The notes: generated from the sequence alone by a model not told the origin. 64,000 nt of DNA from Alistipes sp. (GCA_045644925.1 JAZRHV010000024.1:10472-74471), one strand, 5' to 3'. Shown: positions 36,319 to 47,870, numbered from the stretch's first letter. A program made the numbers and translations.

Positions 36319-37407
36319 TTATTTACACGGAATTATAAGTTCTACGGTATATTCATTCTGCTTCGAATCATCAATCAGCAGCGAGTAGTTTGCGCCATAG
36401 AGCATATCGAGGCGTTTGCGTACATTTTCGAGTCCGATGCCACCCTTGCCCTGCTTTGATTCGTTGTGTCGCGAGTTGCGAATCGTGCAGCAGAGATTCA
36501 GAGGTTCTTTCTTGATGTTGATATGAATAAACGAAGGCTTACTATAACTTACGCCGTGCTTGAATGCATTTTCGACAAAGACAATCAGCAGCAGCGGCGG
36601 AATAAACATATTTACCGTTCCGGTGCGGGGATAGTTGAAGCGGATGTCGATATCTTTGGTGTAGCGTATGCGCATCAGGTTGATGTAGTTCGACACGAAC
36701 TGCAACTCGTTTTGCAGTGAGGTTTGGTGCGAACTCGAATCATAGAGAACATAACGCATCATCTTCGAAAGTTCGATAATATTCTCCTTTGCGCTCTCGG
36801 TATCAATATCAATCAATGCGTGGATATTGTTGAGCGTATTCATAAAGAAGTGCGGATTTATCTGGTATTTCAGATAATCCATCTCGGCTTGCAGGCTTTG
36901 GCGACGCATAATCTCGTACTTACGTTCGTCGTCAATCGACTTGTAGAAGTATTTAATCGCGATATTTGCCGTTACCATTGCACTCGCCAGCAAGATATTC
37001 CAATACCACTGATAATCGGTCAGTGATGCGCCTTTTAGGCGTGTGTAGTTGTGTACTGCGGCTATGCCGACAAAGATTTTACCCTCGTTATACTGCTGGT
37101 AGAGCTCGACGCAACCGAACATAACCACAATCAGCGTCGTCGTGACGATGAGGTATATGATATACTTCATCTTGAAGAGCAGTCGCGAGAATATCAGGTT
37201 GTGGATCAAAAAGACGATAAAGAAAGGTGTAATCTTCAACCAGGCGATAGCCAAATTGTTGATATTGAATCTCTCGGCCATCATACCCGAATTGAGCAAC
37301 GGCACGAAATAGATACCAAGCCAAATGAACGTATAGAGCAGATTCTCGCCCAATACGCCTTTGGTAAAGAGTTGTCTAAATCCTAATGTTCGGACCCATG
37401 CTTTCAT
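36319..37407 (-). CDS. LytS/YehU-type sensor histidine kinase
   Basis: TM helices; LKYQINPHFFMNTLNNI, FVENAFKHG, GGIGLENV. Confidence 0.92.
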   Translation of the reverse strand: MKAWVRTLGFRQLFTKGVLGENLLYTFIWLGIYFVPLLNSGMMAERFNINNLAIAWLKITPFFIVFLIHNLIFSRLLFKMKYIIYLIVTTTLIVVMFGCVELYQQYNEGKIFVGIAAVHNYTRLKGASLTDYQWYWNILLASAMVTANIAIKYFYKSIDDERKYEIMRRQSLQAEMDYLKYQINPHFFMNTLNNIHALIDIDTESAKENIIELSKMMRYVLYDSSSHQTSLQNELQFVSNYINLMRIRYTKDIDIRFNYPRTGTVNMFIPPLLLIVFVENAFKHGVSYSKPSFIHINIKKEPLNLCCTIRNSRHNESKQGKGGIGLENVRKRLDMLYGANYSLLIDDSKQNEYTVELIIPCK

Positions 37408-37475
37408 ATCGCAAAGATTGATTCCTTAAAAAAACAGAGGGAGGCTTTTGCGCCTCCCTCGTGTCGTAAACCGTA

Positions 37476-39170
37476 TTAGAGTTTAAGAGTATTGGCGTTG
37501 TAGAGGTATCGCTTGATACTCTTCTTCGGAGTCTTCTCGAACTCGATGGGGTAGATAGTGATGTTTGCCACCTTCTCGTAGTTCGCCTGCAAAGCATTAA
37601 GCTGTTTGAGGTTCTCCTCCATAATCTCGGTGAGCTTAGCACGCTCGATACCCTCGGCATCTGCCGTAGCGTAGTCGGGCACAACCAGCGCGTGCAACTT
37701 GCCGTTGTTCTCGATGATGAGTGATTCGAGTACCAGGTACATATTATTGAGCTTGTCCTCGATCTCCTCAGGATAGATATTCTGACCATTGCCGGTGAGA
37801 ATCATTGTCTTGCAACGACCGCGGATATAGAGTGTGCCATCCTCGTCGATAGTACCCATATCGCCTGTGTGCAACCAACCGTCCTTTTCGAGTACGGCCT
37901 TGGTGTCCTTCTCATTCTTGTAGTAACCAAGCATTACCTGCTCGCCCTTGACCTGGATTTCACCCGCCACGTTGTGGGGGTCGTTCGAGTCGATGCGTAC
38001 CTGGCAATAATCCTTCAGATACTTACCACACGACTGTGCCTTAAACTTGGCAGGGTCGGTCGTAACGCTGATGAGTGGAGCACACTCGGTCATACCATAA
38101 CCCACGGTGATGGGGAAACCGATCTTCTGCAAGAATGCCTCCGACTCCTTGTTCATCGGAGCACCACCACATACGAAGATGCGGACATTGCCACCGAATG
38201 CGGCCATAAGCTTGTTCTTGATTACCGAATAGATAGCTGTGTTCAAGAGCGGAATCTTCACTGCGATACTCATCGGGCCCTTTTCGAGCAGCGGGAGTAC
38301 CTGCTTGCGATATACCTTTTCGAGCACGAGAGGTACCGTACAGATAATCTCAGGACGGACAACCTGCAATGCTTCGAGCAGAATCTTCGGAGTCGGCATC
38401 TTACCGAGCAGCGTGATGTGACCGCCGGCTGCCAGCGGGCAGAGGAAGTCGATAGCGCAACCGTAAGCGTGAGCCAACGGCAAGAACGAGAGCGTACGGC
38501 TACCGGGGTAGAAGAATGGATCTCCGTTTGCGTGCTTAGCGTTCATAACGTACTCTACGTTTGCCGTGAGGTTGTTGATCGTAAGCATTACACCCTTCGA
38601 GTGACCGGTGGTTCCCGATGTGTAGTTCAAGAGCGATACCTGATCGTTCGGAACACGCGCATACTTGATGTCGGTTACACGGAAACCATTAGTGTACTTT
38701 GTGCGGTAGTGCTTCGTGAGGTTCTTCATGAACTTTTCGAGCTTGCTCTCCTTTGCGTAGATTACGTGGTAATCAGTAAGCGAGAATACACCCTCGACGT
38801 TCGGAATATCCTCAGGCTCTACTGCATCCCAATAGGTGTCGCCGAGGAATAACAAACGGCTCTCCGAGTGGTTGATGATATGAATGTAATCGGTCGGAGT
38901 AAAGTCCTGAAGAATCGGGACGATGCAGGCTCCGTATGTCAGTGTCGCGATGTACGCGATACACCAACGAGGGTTGTTGCGGCCGATAAGAGCAATCTTC
39001 TCTCCTTGTTTGATGCCGGCTTTGTCGAAAAGCATATGGAGCTTTGCGATCTCCTTTGCCATTTCGTAGTACGAGAAGGTCTCGTTCTTGAAATAGTCGG
39101 TAAGAGCGGGCATTTCGCGGTGTTCGCGAAAGCTCATCTCATACATTTCAATAAGATTGGATTTTAACAT
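37476..39170 (-). CDS. long-chain fatty acid--CoA ligase (AMP-binding)
   Basis: YTSGTTGHSKG, GYGMTEC, WLHTGD, GQNIYPEEIE. Confidence 0.88.
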   Translation of the reverse strand: MLKSNLIEMYEMSFREHREMPALTDYFKNETFSYYEMAKEIAKLHMLFDKAGIKQGEKIALIGRNNPRWCIAYIATLTYGACIVPILQDFTPTDYIHIINHSESRLLFLGDTYWDAVEPEDIPNVEGVFSLTDYHVIYAKESKLEKFMKNLTKHYRTKYTNGFRVTDIKYARVPNDQVSLLNYTSGTTGHSKGVMLTINNLTANVEYVMNAKHANGDPFFYPGSRTLSFLPLAHAYGCAIDFLCPLAAGGHITLLGKMPTPKILLEALQVVRPEIICTVPLVLEKVYRKQVLPLLEKGPMSIAVKIPLLNTAIYSVIKNKLMAAFGGNVRIFVCGGAPMNKESEAFLQKIGFPITVGYGMTECAPLISVTTDPAKFKAQSCGKYLKDYCQVRIDSNDPHNVAGEIQVKGEQVMLGYYKNEKDTKAVLEKDGWLHTGDMGTIDEDGTLYIRGRCKTMILTGNGQNIYPEEIEDKLNNMYLVLESLIIENNGKLHALVVPDYATADAEGIERAKLTEIMEENLKQLNALQANYEKVANITIYPIEFEKTPKKSIKRYLYNANTLKL

Positions 39171-39213
39171 ATTTTATTATTTTAAGTTTGTCCGCAAATC
39201 AGGTACGGTTAAA

Positions 39214-39942
39214 CTAATTATTCTCTTCTTTACTATTCTCTTCGTTATTTTGCTCTGCGCTATGCTCGCCATCCGGCTTGCTGTTGGGCTCCCAAAGTCG
39301 AATCTTCGACTCGGTACCGTTCTTCAAACGCTCGATATTCTTGCGGTGTGTCCACAGCAACAACAGTGCGACCAAAATCGAGAAGACGATAAACGTCCAC
39401 GAGATATCGCCATAACGCTTATAAGCTGTGTGCGAGAATATTCCGGTGAAGATGGGGAAGCAGCAGCCTGCAATCATCGAAGCAAGCGAGACGTAGTGTG
39501 ATACCATAAATACCAAGAACCAAACACCTAAGCACAAGAGGATAATGGTCGGGTGGATTCCGGTCATCGCTCCCACAAGCGTAGCTACGCCCTTGCCGCC
39601 CTTGAAATTGGCGAATACGGGGAAGATGTGTCCCAATACGACAAATACGGTTGCGACGATTTTGAGGTTAATAACCCAGGGAGCCGATATATGAGAGTCG
39701 TATTTTAACAGCGAAACGAGAGTTACTGCGACAAAACCCTTGATGAAGTCAATTGCAAATACGGGTAACGCAGCTCGACGACCGAGTACGCGCAGCATAT
39801 TGGTTGTGCCGGCATTTTTGCTGCCGTGTTCGCGGATGTCAACGCCAAAATATCTGCGTCCGATCCACACAGCAGAGGGAATCGAGCCTAACAGATAGGC
39901 GATTATCATCAACATTACCGCGCAATAATAAGTTACTATCAT
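39214..39942 (-). CDS. plsY: glycerol-3-phosphate acyltransferase
   Basis: AYLLGSIPS, DIREHGSKNAGTTN, GHIFP, GGKGVAT, HRKNIERL. Confidence 0.93.
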   Translation of the reverse strand: MIVTYYCAVMLMIIAYLLGSIPSAVWIGRRYFGVDIREHGSKNAGTTNMLRVLGRRAALPVFAIDFIKGFVAVTLVSLLKYDSHISAPWVINLKIVATVFVVLGHIFPVFANFKGGKGVATLVGAMTGIHPTIILLCLGVWFLVFMVSHYVSLASMIAGCCFPIFTGIFSHTAYKRYGDISWTFIVFSILVALLLLWTHRKNIERLKNGTESKIRLWEPNSKPDGEHSAEQNNEENSKEENN

Positions 39943-40093
39943 AAGCCTCAATTTTAGGCAAAGTTCGCCACAAATATAGTAATTTTTTTACATTATAGCT
40001 TTTTTGAGTAAAAAATGTGTTGTTGGTTATTCAGTTTCGAGGGATTGTATTATATTTGCGTCCCGTATAGTGTTTACTTTATAAATAAGGTGT

Positions 40094-41089
40094 ATGACAT
40101 TACGTAATGTATTAGAGCCGATGTTTTCGGCACGTTGGTGGAGATCTTGGATTTCTATCTTTTGCGGTTGCGCTATTATGGCCGCTGGATATGTGTTTTT
40201 TATCAATCCCTACAACATCGTGCCGGGTGGTGTGTATGGCGCAAGTATCGTTATGCATAACCTCTTCCCCTCGATTCAGGTTGGTACCTTCGGCTATATG
40301 TTCGATATTCCGTTGCTGATATTGGCTTTGATAATTTTTGGCGGAGGATTTGGTGCCCGTACAATCATTGCGGCACTGCTCACTCCGGGTCTGATGAATA
40401 TTATGTCGAGTCTTGCCTATCCGACAAAGGAGGCATTGCAGGCTCTCGATCCCTCGCAGTTGTTGGATGGTAAAATCGATTTGTCAAACGATTTGATGCT
40501 TGCAACGATTATGGGTTCAGTTATGCTCGGTGTAGGTGTCGGCCTTGTGGTACGTAATCAGGCAACAACCGGTGGTACGGATATCGTCGCTATGATGCTC
40601 CAAAAATATGCACACATCAAGTTCTCGAACGGAGTACTGTTGGCTGATGCAGTTGTCGTATTAGCAGGTCTGCTTGTTATTGGCTTTGGTTGGGGTACTG
40701 CTGACGATATCGAGACAGGCGGTTGGATGCTCTCGCTCTACTCGCTTATCGCAATCTTCCTCTCGTCACGAGTTATTGCTCGCGTGATTGACGGTGCATC
40801 GTACGATAAGATGATTTTTATTGTAAGCGAAAACCATCAGGAGGAGTTGCGTAAGTTTATTACTGTTGATCTCGATCGCAGTGCTACCTATATCAAGGCT
40901 CGCGGAATGTACACAGGTGCCGAGAAGGAGATGATTTTCCTTGTGGTTAGTCGCAAGGAGGTCAAGAGTGTTGAACATCGTATCAAGGATATCGATCCGC
41001 AAGCGTTTATGGTTGTAACCGATGCTTACGATACATATGGCGAGGGATTCAAGCCGCTGCCTGATAAGGATGAGATACAGGCTGCATAG
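40094..41089 (+). CDS. YitT family membrane protein
   Basis: PGGVYG, ATTGGTD, C-terminal DUF2179-like domain (IKDIDPQAFM). Confidence 0.88.
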   Translation: MTLRNVLEPMFSARWWRSWISIFCGCAIMAAGYVFFINPYNIVPGGVYGASIVMHNLFPSIQVGTFGYMFDIPLLILALIIFGGGFGARTIIAALLTPGLMNIMSSLAYPTKEALQALDPSQLLDGKIDLSNDLMLATIMGSVMLGVGVGLVVRNQATTGGTDIVAMMLQKYAHIKFSNGVLLADAVVVLAGLLVIGFGWGTADDIETGGWMLSLYSLIAIFLSSRVIARVIDGASYDKMIFIVSENHQEELRKFITVDLDRSATYIKARGMYTGAEKEMIFLVVSRKEVKSVEHRIKDIDPQAFMVVTDAYDTYGEGFKPLPDKDEIQAA

Positions 41090-41126
41090 GGTATGGCACC
41101 GTCTAATAAGAAACTTTTAAGGAGAT

Positions 41127-42485
41127 TTGGAACAGAGAATTATAAATAATTTGCGCCCCTTGCAGGGTAATGGTCGTAAACTCTATGTCGAGACCTACGG
41201 TTGCCAGATGAATGCCGGCGATACCGAGATTGTCGTGTCGTTGATGCAGGACGATGGCTATTTCTATACCGACCGCGTCGAGGAGGCAGATATCGTGTTG
41301 GTCAATACCTGCTCGATTCGCGATAATGCCGAGCAGCGAGTATGGGGTCGTCTGAGCGAGTTGCGTCGCTACCGCAAGGCAAAACCGTCGCTTATTTTGG
41401 GCGTTATCGGATGTATGGCCGAGCGTTTGAAGGAGTCGCTTATCGAGTCGGAGTATGGTGTCGATATCGTGGCCGGCCCCGATGCCTACCGTGACCTTCC
41501 GCGTCTGGTGCGTGAGGTCGAGGCCGGTGGTAAGGGTATCAATGTCCTGCTTTCGCGCGAGGAGACCTATGCCGAGGTGGCACCTGTCCGTTTGGATAAG
41601 AATGGCGTGTCGGCATATATCTCGATTATGCGTGGTTGCAACAACTACTGCTCGTATTGCGTGGTGCCCTACACCCGCGGTATCGAGCGTAGCCGTGACC
41701 CTAAGACCATCTTGGCCGAGGCGCAGACCCTCTTCGAGAATGGCTACCGCGAGGTTACACTGCTTGGCCAGAATGTCAATTCTTACAAGTTTGACGATGT
41801 CGATTTCCCCGAATTGATGCGCAGAGTTGCCGATGTTTCGCCGTTGTTGCGTGTGCGCTTCGCAACGTCGCATCCGAAGGATATGAGCGATGCTCTGCTC
41901 GAAGTTATGGCTTCGAAACCCAATATCTGCCACTGCATTCATCTCCCCGCGCAGTCGGGATCGACCGTGATGCTCGAAAAGATGAATCGCAAATACACTC
42001 GTGAGTGGTACCTCGATCGCATAGCTGCAATTCGTCGCTATATGCCCGATTGCGCTATTACGACCGACCTTATCGCAGGATTTACCGGCGAGACCGAGGA
42101 GGATCACCAGATGACTCTCTCGTTGATGCGCGAGGTGGGCTATGAGTTTGCCTATATGTTCAAGTACTCGGAGCGTCCCGGAACATTTGCGCAGCGTCAT
42201 ATGGGCGACGATATCCCCGACGAAGTAAAGACCAAGCGTCTGTCGGAGATTATCGAGTTGCAGAACGAACTTTCGGCCGAGAGCAACCGTCGTGATGTGG
42301 GCAAGGAGTTCGAGGTGTTGGTCGAGGGCGTGTCGAAACGCAGCGACAAGCAGCTCTTTGGCCGTACGTCGCAGAATAAGGTGGTGGTCTTCGACCGTGC
42401 AGACTATAAGCCCGGTGACTACGTGAGAGTAAGGGTTACGGCAGCCTCGTCGGCAACCTTACAGGGGGAGGTGATTGGGAATTGA
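41127..42485 (+). CDS. miaB: tRNA-i6A37 methylthiotransferase
   Basis: TYGCQMN, NTCSIR, GCNNYCSYC, TRAM domain. Confidence 0.95.
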   Translation: MEQRIINNLRPLQGNGRKLYVETYGCQMNAGDTEIVVSLMQDDGYFYTDRVEEADIVLVNTCSIRDNAEQRVWGRLSELRRYRKAKPSLILGVIGCMAERLKESLIESEYGVDIVAGPDAYRDLPRLVREVEAGGKGINVLLSREETYAEVAPVRLDKNGVSAYISIMRGCNNYCSYCVVPYTRGIERSRDPKTILAEAQTLFENGYREVTLLGQNVNSYKFDDVDFPELMRRVADVSPLLRVRFATSHPKDMSDALLEVMASKPNICHCIHLPAQSGSTVMLEKMNRKYTREWYLDRIAAIRRYMPDCAITTDLIAGFTGETEEDHQMTLSLMREVGYEFAYMFKYSERPGTFAQRHMGDDIPDEVKTKRLSEIIELQNELSAESNRRDVGKEFEVLVEGVSKRSDKQLFGRTSQNKVVVFDRADYKPGDYVRVRVTAASSATLQGEVIGN

Positions 42486-42488
42486 TAA

Positions 42489-42567
42489 TTCAAAATTCAA
42501 AATTCAAAATTCAAAATTCAAAATTCAAAATTTTCTCTAAACTCCTTAAATTCCCTAAACTCACTAA
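42489..42567. repeat. TTCAAAA x6 followed by 9-mer CCTAA-type units
   Basis: Heptamers at 42489-42530 and 9-mers at 42531-42567; same two units as 6029-6182. Confidence 0.88.
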
Positions 42568-42602
42568 AAAAGAATAAAAACTTAAATAAAGAGATATAAA
42601 TA

Positions 42603-43703
42603 ATGGCTTTACAATGTGGAATCGTGGGTTTGCCCAACGTCGGTAAATCGACCCTTTTCAACTGCTTGTCGAATGCAAAGGCGCAGTCGGCAAACTTTCC
42701 TTTCTGTACGATTGAGCCCAATGTGGGCGTGATTACCGTGCCCGATGAGCGACTTATCCGTCTGGCCGAGATTGATAACCCGAAGCGTGTGGTGCCGACC
42801 ACTATCGAGATTGTCGATATCGCTGGTCTGGTAAAGGGCGCATCGCGTGGCGAGGGTCTGGGTAATAAGTTCCTTGCAAATATTCGTAATACAAATGCAA
42901 TTATTCACGTTCTGCGCTGCTTCGAGGATGGTAACATTACTCACGTAGACGGCTCGGTGGATCCCGTGCGTGATAAGGGCGTTATCGACACCGAATTGCA
43001 GCTCAAAGACCTCGAAACGGTCGAGAACCGTATCGCAAAGGTGCAGAAGCAGGCTCAGACCGGTGGCGATAAGACAGCAAAGCGTCAGTATGATATTCTG
43101 CTCCGCTATAAGGAGGCTTTGGAGCAGGGTTTGAGTGCCCGCACCGTCGAACTCGACAAGGAGGAGCGCAAGGTGGTTAGCGACCTGAATCTCCTGACCG
43201 ATAAGCCGGTGCTCTATCTCTGCAATGTAGATGAGAAGAGCGCAGTAACGGGAAATGCTCACACCGAGGCTGTGAAGGCTGCAATCGCAAACGAGAATGC
43301 CGAAATGCTTATCGTGGCAGCGGCTACCGAGGCTGATATTGCCGAGTTGGAGAGCTACGAGGAGCGTCAGATGTTCTTGGAGGATATGGGCCTTACCGAG
43401 TCGGGTGTAGCACGTTTGATCAAGGCTGCCTACAAACTGCTTGATCTCGAAACTTTCTTTACAACTGGTGCTGACGAGACCCGCGCTTGGACCTACAATA
43501 AGGGTATGAAGGCTCCGCAGACTGCCGGCATCATCCACACCGACTTCGAGAAGGGATTTATTCGTGCCGAGGTTATCAAGTATAACGACTATACAACCCT
43601 CGGTTCAGAGAAGGCTTGCCGCGATGCGGGTAAAATTGGTATCGAGGGTAAGGAGTACATCGTGCAGGATGGCGACATTATGCACTTCTTGTTTAATGTT
43701 TAA
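42603..43703 (+). CDS. ychF: redox-regulated ATPase YchF
   Basis: GLPNVGKST, FPFCTIEPN, DIAGLV, TGS domain. Confidence 0.96.
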   Translation: MALQCGIVGLPNVGKSTLFNCLSNAKAQSANFPFCTIEPNVGVITVPDERLIRLAEIDNPKRVVPTTIEIVDIAGLVKGASRGEGLGNKFLANIRNTNAIIHVLRCFEDGNITHVDGSVDPVRDKGVIDTELQLKDLETVENRIAKVQKQAQTGGDKTAKRQYDILLRYKEALEQGLSARTVELDKEERKVVSDLNLLTDKPVLYLCNVDEKSAVTGNAHTEAVKAAIANENAEMLIVAAATEADIAELESYEERQMFLEDMGLTESGVARLIKAAYKLLDLETFFTTGADETRAWTYNKGMKAPQTAGIIHTDFEKGFIRAEVIKYNDYTTLGSEKACRDAGKIGIEGKEYIVQDGDIMHFLFNV

Positions 43704-43723
43704 TCAATTAAAATTCGAAATAT

Positions 43724-45259
43724 ATGTCAAGAGAGGTAAGAGTACGTTTTGCACCGAGCCCGACGGGTCCCCTGCATATGGGCGGTGTTCGTACAGCACT
43801 TTATAACTATCTGTTTGCTCGTCATCACGGCGGTAAGATGATTCTGCGTATCGAGGATACCGACTCGCAGCGTTTTGTGCCGGGTGCCGAGGATTATATT
43901 ATCGAGTCGCTCAAATGGTGCGGTATCGAGATTGATGAGGGTGTGGGCGTTGGTGGTCCGCACGCTCCCTATCGCCAGAGTGAGCGTCGTGAAATCTATC
44001 TCAAATATGCAAAGCAGCTCGTAGAGGCAGGTTGGGCATACTACGCTTTCGATACTTCGGAGGAGTTGGATGTTCTGCGTAAGGAGGCCGAGGAGAAGGG
44101 CGAAACTTTCGCCTACAACTATTCGGTACGCGAGAAGTTGCCCACATCACTCTCGCTTTCGGCCGAGGAGGTCGAGGAGCGCATCGCACGTGGCGATATC
44201 TGGGTTATTCGTTTCAAGATGCCCGAAAATGAGGTTGTCGAGATGGACGACCTGATTCGTGGCCATGTTAAGGTTAATACTTCGACTCTGGACGATAAGG
44301 TGCTCTATAAGAGTGCGGATGCACTGCCGACATACCACCTTGCAAATATCGTGGATGACCATTTGATGGAGATTTCGCACGTTATCCGTGGCGAGGAGTG
44401 GTTGCCTTCGTTGCCGTTGCACTATTTGCTCTACAAGGCATTTGGCTGGCAGGAGACACAGCCCCAATTTGCGCACCTCCCGTTGTTGCTCAAACCGACA
44501 GGCGGTGGTAAACTCTCGAAGCGTGACGGTGACAAGATGGGCTTCCCTGTATTCCCGCTCTTCTGGACTTCGCCTACCACGGGCGAGACTGCTCACGGTT
44601 ACCGCGAGGATGGCTACTTCCCTGAGGCATTCGTCAATATGTTGGCTCTGCTTGGCTGGAATCCAGGTACCGAGCAGGAGTTGTTCTCGATGGACGAACT
44701 CGTTGCAGGTTTCTCGCTCGACCGCGTGTCGAAGTCGGGTGCACGTTTCCAGCCCGATAAGGCTAAGTGGTTCAACGCACAGTATATGCACCGCAAGAGC
44801 GATGCAGAGCTCGCTGTGCTCTATCAGCCGATTTTGCGTGAGCACGGTATCGAGATCTCGGATGAGGTCGCAGGTAAGGTCGCAGGCATTATGAAGGAGC
44901 GTGCAACATTTATCGGCGATTTGTGGGATTTGACCTCGTATTTCTTCGTTGCTCCCACCGAGTACGAGGAGAAGCAGGCCCGCAAGTATTGGAAGGGTAA
45001 TAATCCGACCATTTTGGCAGAGGTACGCGAGGTGCTGGCGGGTATCGACGACTTCTCGCTCGAAAATACCGAGAAGATTGTTCACGCCTGGATCGAGAGC
45101 AAGGGTTACGGTATGGGACAGGTAATGAATACTTTGCGTTTGGCTCTGGTTGGTGCAGGCAAGGGCCCCGGTATGTACGATGTGACGGCCTTCCTCGGCA
45201 AGGAGGAGTGCTTGAAGCGTATCGACGCTCTATTCGCAAACCTTCAACCGGCAGAATAA
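43724..45259 (+). CDS. gltX: glutamate--tRNA ligase
   Basis: [26 protein letters not shown]. Confidence 0.96.
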   Translation: MSREVRVRFAPSPTGPLHMGGVRTALYNYLFARHHGGKMILRIEDTDSQRFVPGAEDYIIESLKWCGIEIDEGVGVGGPHAPYRQSERREIYLKYAKQLVEAGWAYYAFDTSEELDVLRKEAEEKGETFAYNYSVREKLPTSLSLSAEEVEERIARGDIWVIRFKMPENEVVEMDDLIRGHVKVNTSTLDDKVLYKSADALPTYHLANIVDDHLMEISHVIRGEEWLPSLPLHYLLYKAFGWQETQPQFAHLPLLLKPTGGGKLSKRDGDKMGFPVFPLFWTSPTTGETAHGYREDGYFPEAFVNMLALLGWNPGTEQELFSMDELVAGFSLDRVSKSGARFQPDKAKWFNAQYMHRKSDAELAVLYQPILREHGIEISDEVAGKVAGIMKERATFIGDLWDLTSYFFVAPTEYEEKQARKYWKGNNPTILAEVREVLAGIDDFSLENTEKIVHAWIESKGYGMGQVMNTLRLALVGAGKGPGMYDVTAFLGKEECLKRIDALFANLQPAE

Positions 45260-45286
45260 ATTAACGACCTTAAAACTTCAAAATAT

Positions 45287-46345
45287 ATGAAAACTACAAT
45301 CGAACAACACGTGTGGGGTATGACCCACGAGGGCGAGGCGGTAATCCTCTACACCCTGCGCAACGAGAATGGATGCGAGGTGCAAATCTGCAATCTCGGT
45401 GCAACGCTTGTGTCGGTAAAATATCCCGATGCTAAGGGCGAGGTTGCAGATGTAATCCTCGGCTACAAGAGCTTCGAGAGCTACTACAACGACCCGGCTT
45501 GCTCGGGTAAGAGCATCGGTCGCGTGGCTAACCGTATCGCTAACGGCCGTATGACGGTCGAGGGCGTGGAGTATAACCTCGAAACAAATAATGGCCCCAA
45601 CCACCTGCACGGTGGCTCGCACGGCTACGGAACAAAACTCTGGGAGAGCCGTGTAGAGGAGAATCGAGTTGTCTTTGCTCTGACATCCGAGGATGGCGAT
45701 GCAGGCTATCCGGGTGAGGTTAATGTCGAGGTGGCTTATGACCTGGACGAGGATAACAATATCAACATCCTCTTTATGGCGAAGTCGGACCGCATAACTC
45801 CCGTAAACCTTACGAACCATACCTATTGGAACTTGAAGGGCGAGGAGAGTGGCGATATTCTCGACCACGAGATGCGTCTTTGCTGCTCGCAGGTACTCGA
45901 AATGAACGATGTGCAGATTCCTACGGGTAAGCACCTTGACGTAGCAGGTACGCCGATGGACTTTACCGATTGGCGTCGTTTTGGCGATGGTATCAATGCC
46001 GAGTTTAACCATATTAAGGATTTCCGTGGCTATGACCACTTCTTCGTATTGGATAATTGGAAGCCCAACATCTTGCAGAAAGTTGCCGAGTTGCGCGAGA
46101 AGACCACGGGCCGTAAGGTGACCGTTCTATCGTCGCAGGCGGGCGCTATGGTCTACACCGGTAACTGGCTGTCGGGTGGTTGCCCCATTACCAAGTCGGG
46201 CGGCAGATATGCCGACTACGCAGGTGTGGCTATCGAGTGCCAGAACTATCCCGATGCAGTAAATCACGAGAATTTCCCCTCGATTCTGCTTTCGCCTGAG
46301 CAGACCTACTGCCAGAAGATTGTGTTCAACCTCGGCCTTGAATAA
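45287..46345 (+). CDS. galM: aldose 1-epimerase
   Basis: GRVANRI, NHLHGG, NLTNHTYWNL, YDH, ECQ. Confidence 0.9.
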   Translation: MKTTIEQHVWGMTHEGEAVILYTLRNENGCEVQICNLGATLVSVKYPDAKGEVADVILGYKSFESYYNDPACSGKSIGRVANRIANGRMTVEGVEYNLETNNGPNHLHGGSHGYGTKLWESRVEENRVVFALTSEDGDAGYPGEVNVEVAYDLDEDNNINILFMAKSDRITPVNLTNHTYWNLKGEESGDILDHEMRLCCSQVLEMNDVQIPTGKHLDVAGTPMDFTDWRRFGDGINAEFNHIKDFRGYDHFFVLDNWKPNILQKVAELREKTTGRKVTVLSSQAGAMVYTGNWLSGGCPITKSGGRYADYAGVAIECQNYPDAVNHENFPSILLSPEQTYCQKIVFNLGLE

Positions 46346-46470
46346 CAGAGTGGAGGTATCGGTATGATATGTAGAGCGACCTTCTTCCGAAGGCCGCTCT
46401 TTTTGATTTTTTACGTTGCTTTTTAACTTTTGGTAGGCATTGCCGTCTTATTAGTGAAACCAAACCGAAG

Positions 46471-47016
46471 ATGACCGTAGCGAATGCAGAAATATTACGA
46501 TTGTTAGCTGACTCCGATAGACGAAACGAGGGGTTTGCCCTGCTGGTCGAGGCTTATACCGAGCCGCTATATTGGCATTTGCGACGTATGGTGGTTGTCC
46601 ACGAGGAGGCCGAAGATGCTTTGCAGGAGGTCTGGATTAAGATTTTTGCCTCGTTGGATGATTATCGCGGGGATGGCGATGCGCTGAGAGCCTGGTGCTA
46701 TCGAATAGCTACGAATGCGGCCATAGACCGCCTGAGGCGAAGATGCCGTTGGCGATTTGTAACTATCGACAACTTGGGGCGTGAACTCGCAGGGTTGGTA
46801 ACGTACGAGGAGAGCGAATCCTCCGAGTCGGTCGAAGTTAAGTTCCAACGGGCTATACTCTCGCTTCCGGCAAAGCAACGGTTGGTTTTTAACTTGCGCT
46901 ACTATGACGAGCTGACCTACGACGAGATTAGTCGTGTAACGGGAATTAGCGAATCGTCGTGCAAAACGAATTATCACTATGCGCAGCTGCGCGTTAAAGA
47001 GTTGATGACAAGATGA
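46471..47016 (+). CDS. ECF sigma-70 factor
   Basis: AEDALQEV, W.YRIATN, LP.KQR.VF.LRYY.EL.Y.EI. Confidence 0.88.
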   Translation: MTVANAEILRLLADSDRRNEGFALLVEAYTEPLYWHLRRMVVVHEEAEDALQEVWIKIFASLDDYRGDGDALRAWCYRIATNAAIDRLRRRCRWRFVTIDNLGRELAGLVTYEESESSESVEVKFQRAILSLPAKQRLVFNLRYYDELTYDEISRVTGISESSCKTNYHYAQLRVKELMTR

Positions 47017-47336
47017 AAGAGTTTGATTTTGAAAATGTAGGCAAACGAATGCCGTATAGCGTTCCCGAAGGATTCTTCGAGGGCGCAAAGCGTCGAGCAG
47101 GCGAGATTGCAGCCTCGTCGCAGAGCGGTGTGCATTGTAGATTTTCACCGATATTTAGCCGTGTGGCGATTGCTGCGGCTGTGGTCTTGGCTCTCTGCGG
47201 AGCTGCGTGGTGGACCGTTGATTATAACTCGCTCGAACGTCGCCACGAACGACTCTTGGCCGATATCTCGACCGACCTGCTTATGGAGTTGGTTAGCGAG
47301 TATGACCCCACAGCCGATGAATCAGAATATTATTAA
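47013..47336 (+). CDS. single-TM protein, probable anti-sigma partner
   Basis: ATGA overlap with the sigma gene; PYSVPEGFF motif and one TM segment. Confidence 0.6.
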   Translation: MKEFDFENVGKRMPYSVPEGFFEGAKRRAGEIAASSQSGVHCRFSPIFSRVAIAAAVVLALCGAAWWTVDYNSLERRHERLLADISTDLLMELVSEYDPTADESEYY

Positions 47337-47371
47337 GAAACCTTATTACAAATAATTAAAACCAGAGAACT

Positions 47372-47845
47372 ATGAAACGAGTTATTATGTCGATGCTGCT
47401 CGCAGTAGCAGTTGCAGGAATTTCGTTTGCACAGGAACCCCAGGCTAATCCGGCTAAAACTCAGCCCACCGAGGAGCAGAAGGCGAAGATGCAGGAGCGT
47501 AAAGAGATGTTCGAAATCCGTACGCAGATTATCAAGGAGGAGTTGAAACTTACGGATGAGCAGTTCGAGAAATTTGTGCCTATCTACCGCAGCTATGGTA
47601 AGGCTAAGAACTTCAACTCTGTGAAGCACAAGAGAATTGATTGGGCTACGGCAACAAAGCAGGAGATGAACGAGGCGTTGAAGGCTCGCCTTGATAATAC
47701 AATCAATACCGCTATGGTGCGCAAGACCTTTATCCCGATTTTTGAGGAGGTGATTACTCCGCAGCAGGTAAATCAACTCTACAAAATCGAGAATACCCTT
47801 ACCAAGAAGGCTCGTGAGGAGTACGAGAAGAGAAAAGCGCAGTAG
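47372..47845 (+). CDS. secreted helical protein (Spy/CpxP-like)
   Basis: Signal peptide, ELKLTDEQ..F, VITPQQ. Confidence 0.6.
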   Translation: MKRVIMSMLLAVAVAGISFAQEPQANPAKTQPTEEQKAKMQERKEMFEIRTQIIKEELKLTDEQFEKFVPIYRSYGKAKNFNSVKHKRIDWATATKQEMNEALKARLDNTINTAMVRKTFIPIFEEVITPQQVNQLYKIENTLTKKAREEYEKRKAQ

Positions 47846-47870
47846 TTTGTAGTTAGTTTATGTTGCGTAG

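Noticed and set aside
46471-47845. ECF sigma / TM partner / secreted helical protein trio as a novel system
   Set aside because: This is a common Bacteroidetes envelope-response-type cassette, with nothing unusual in the sequence.
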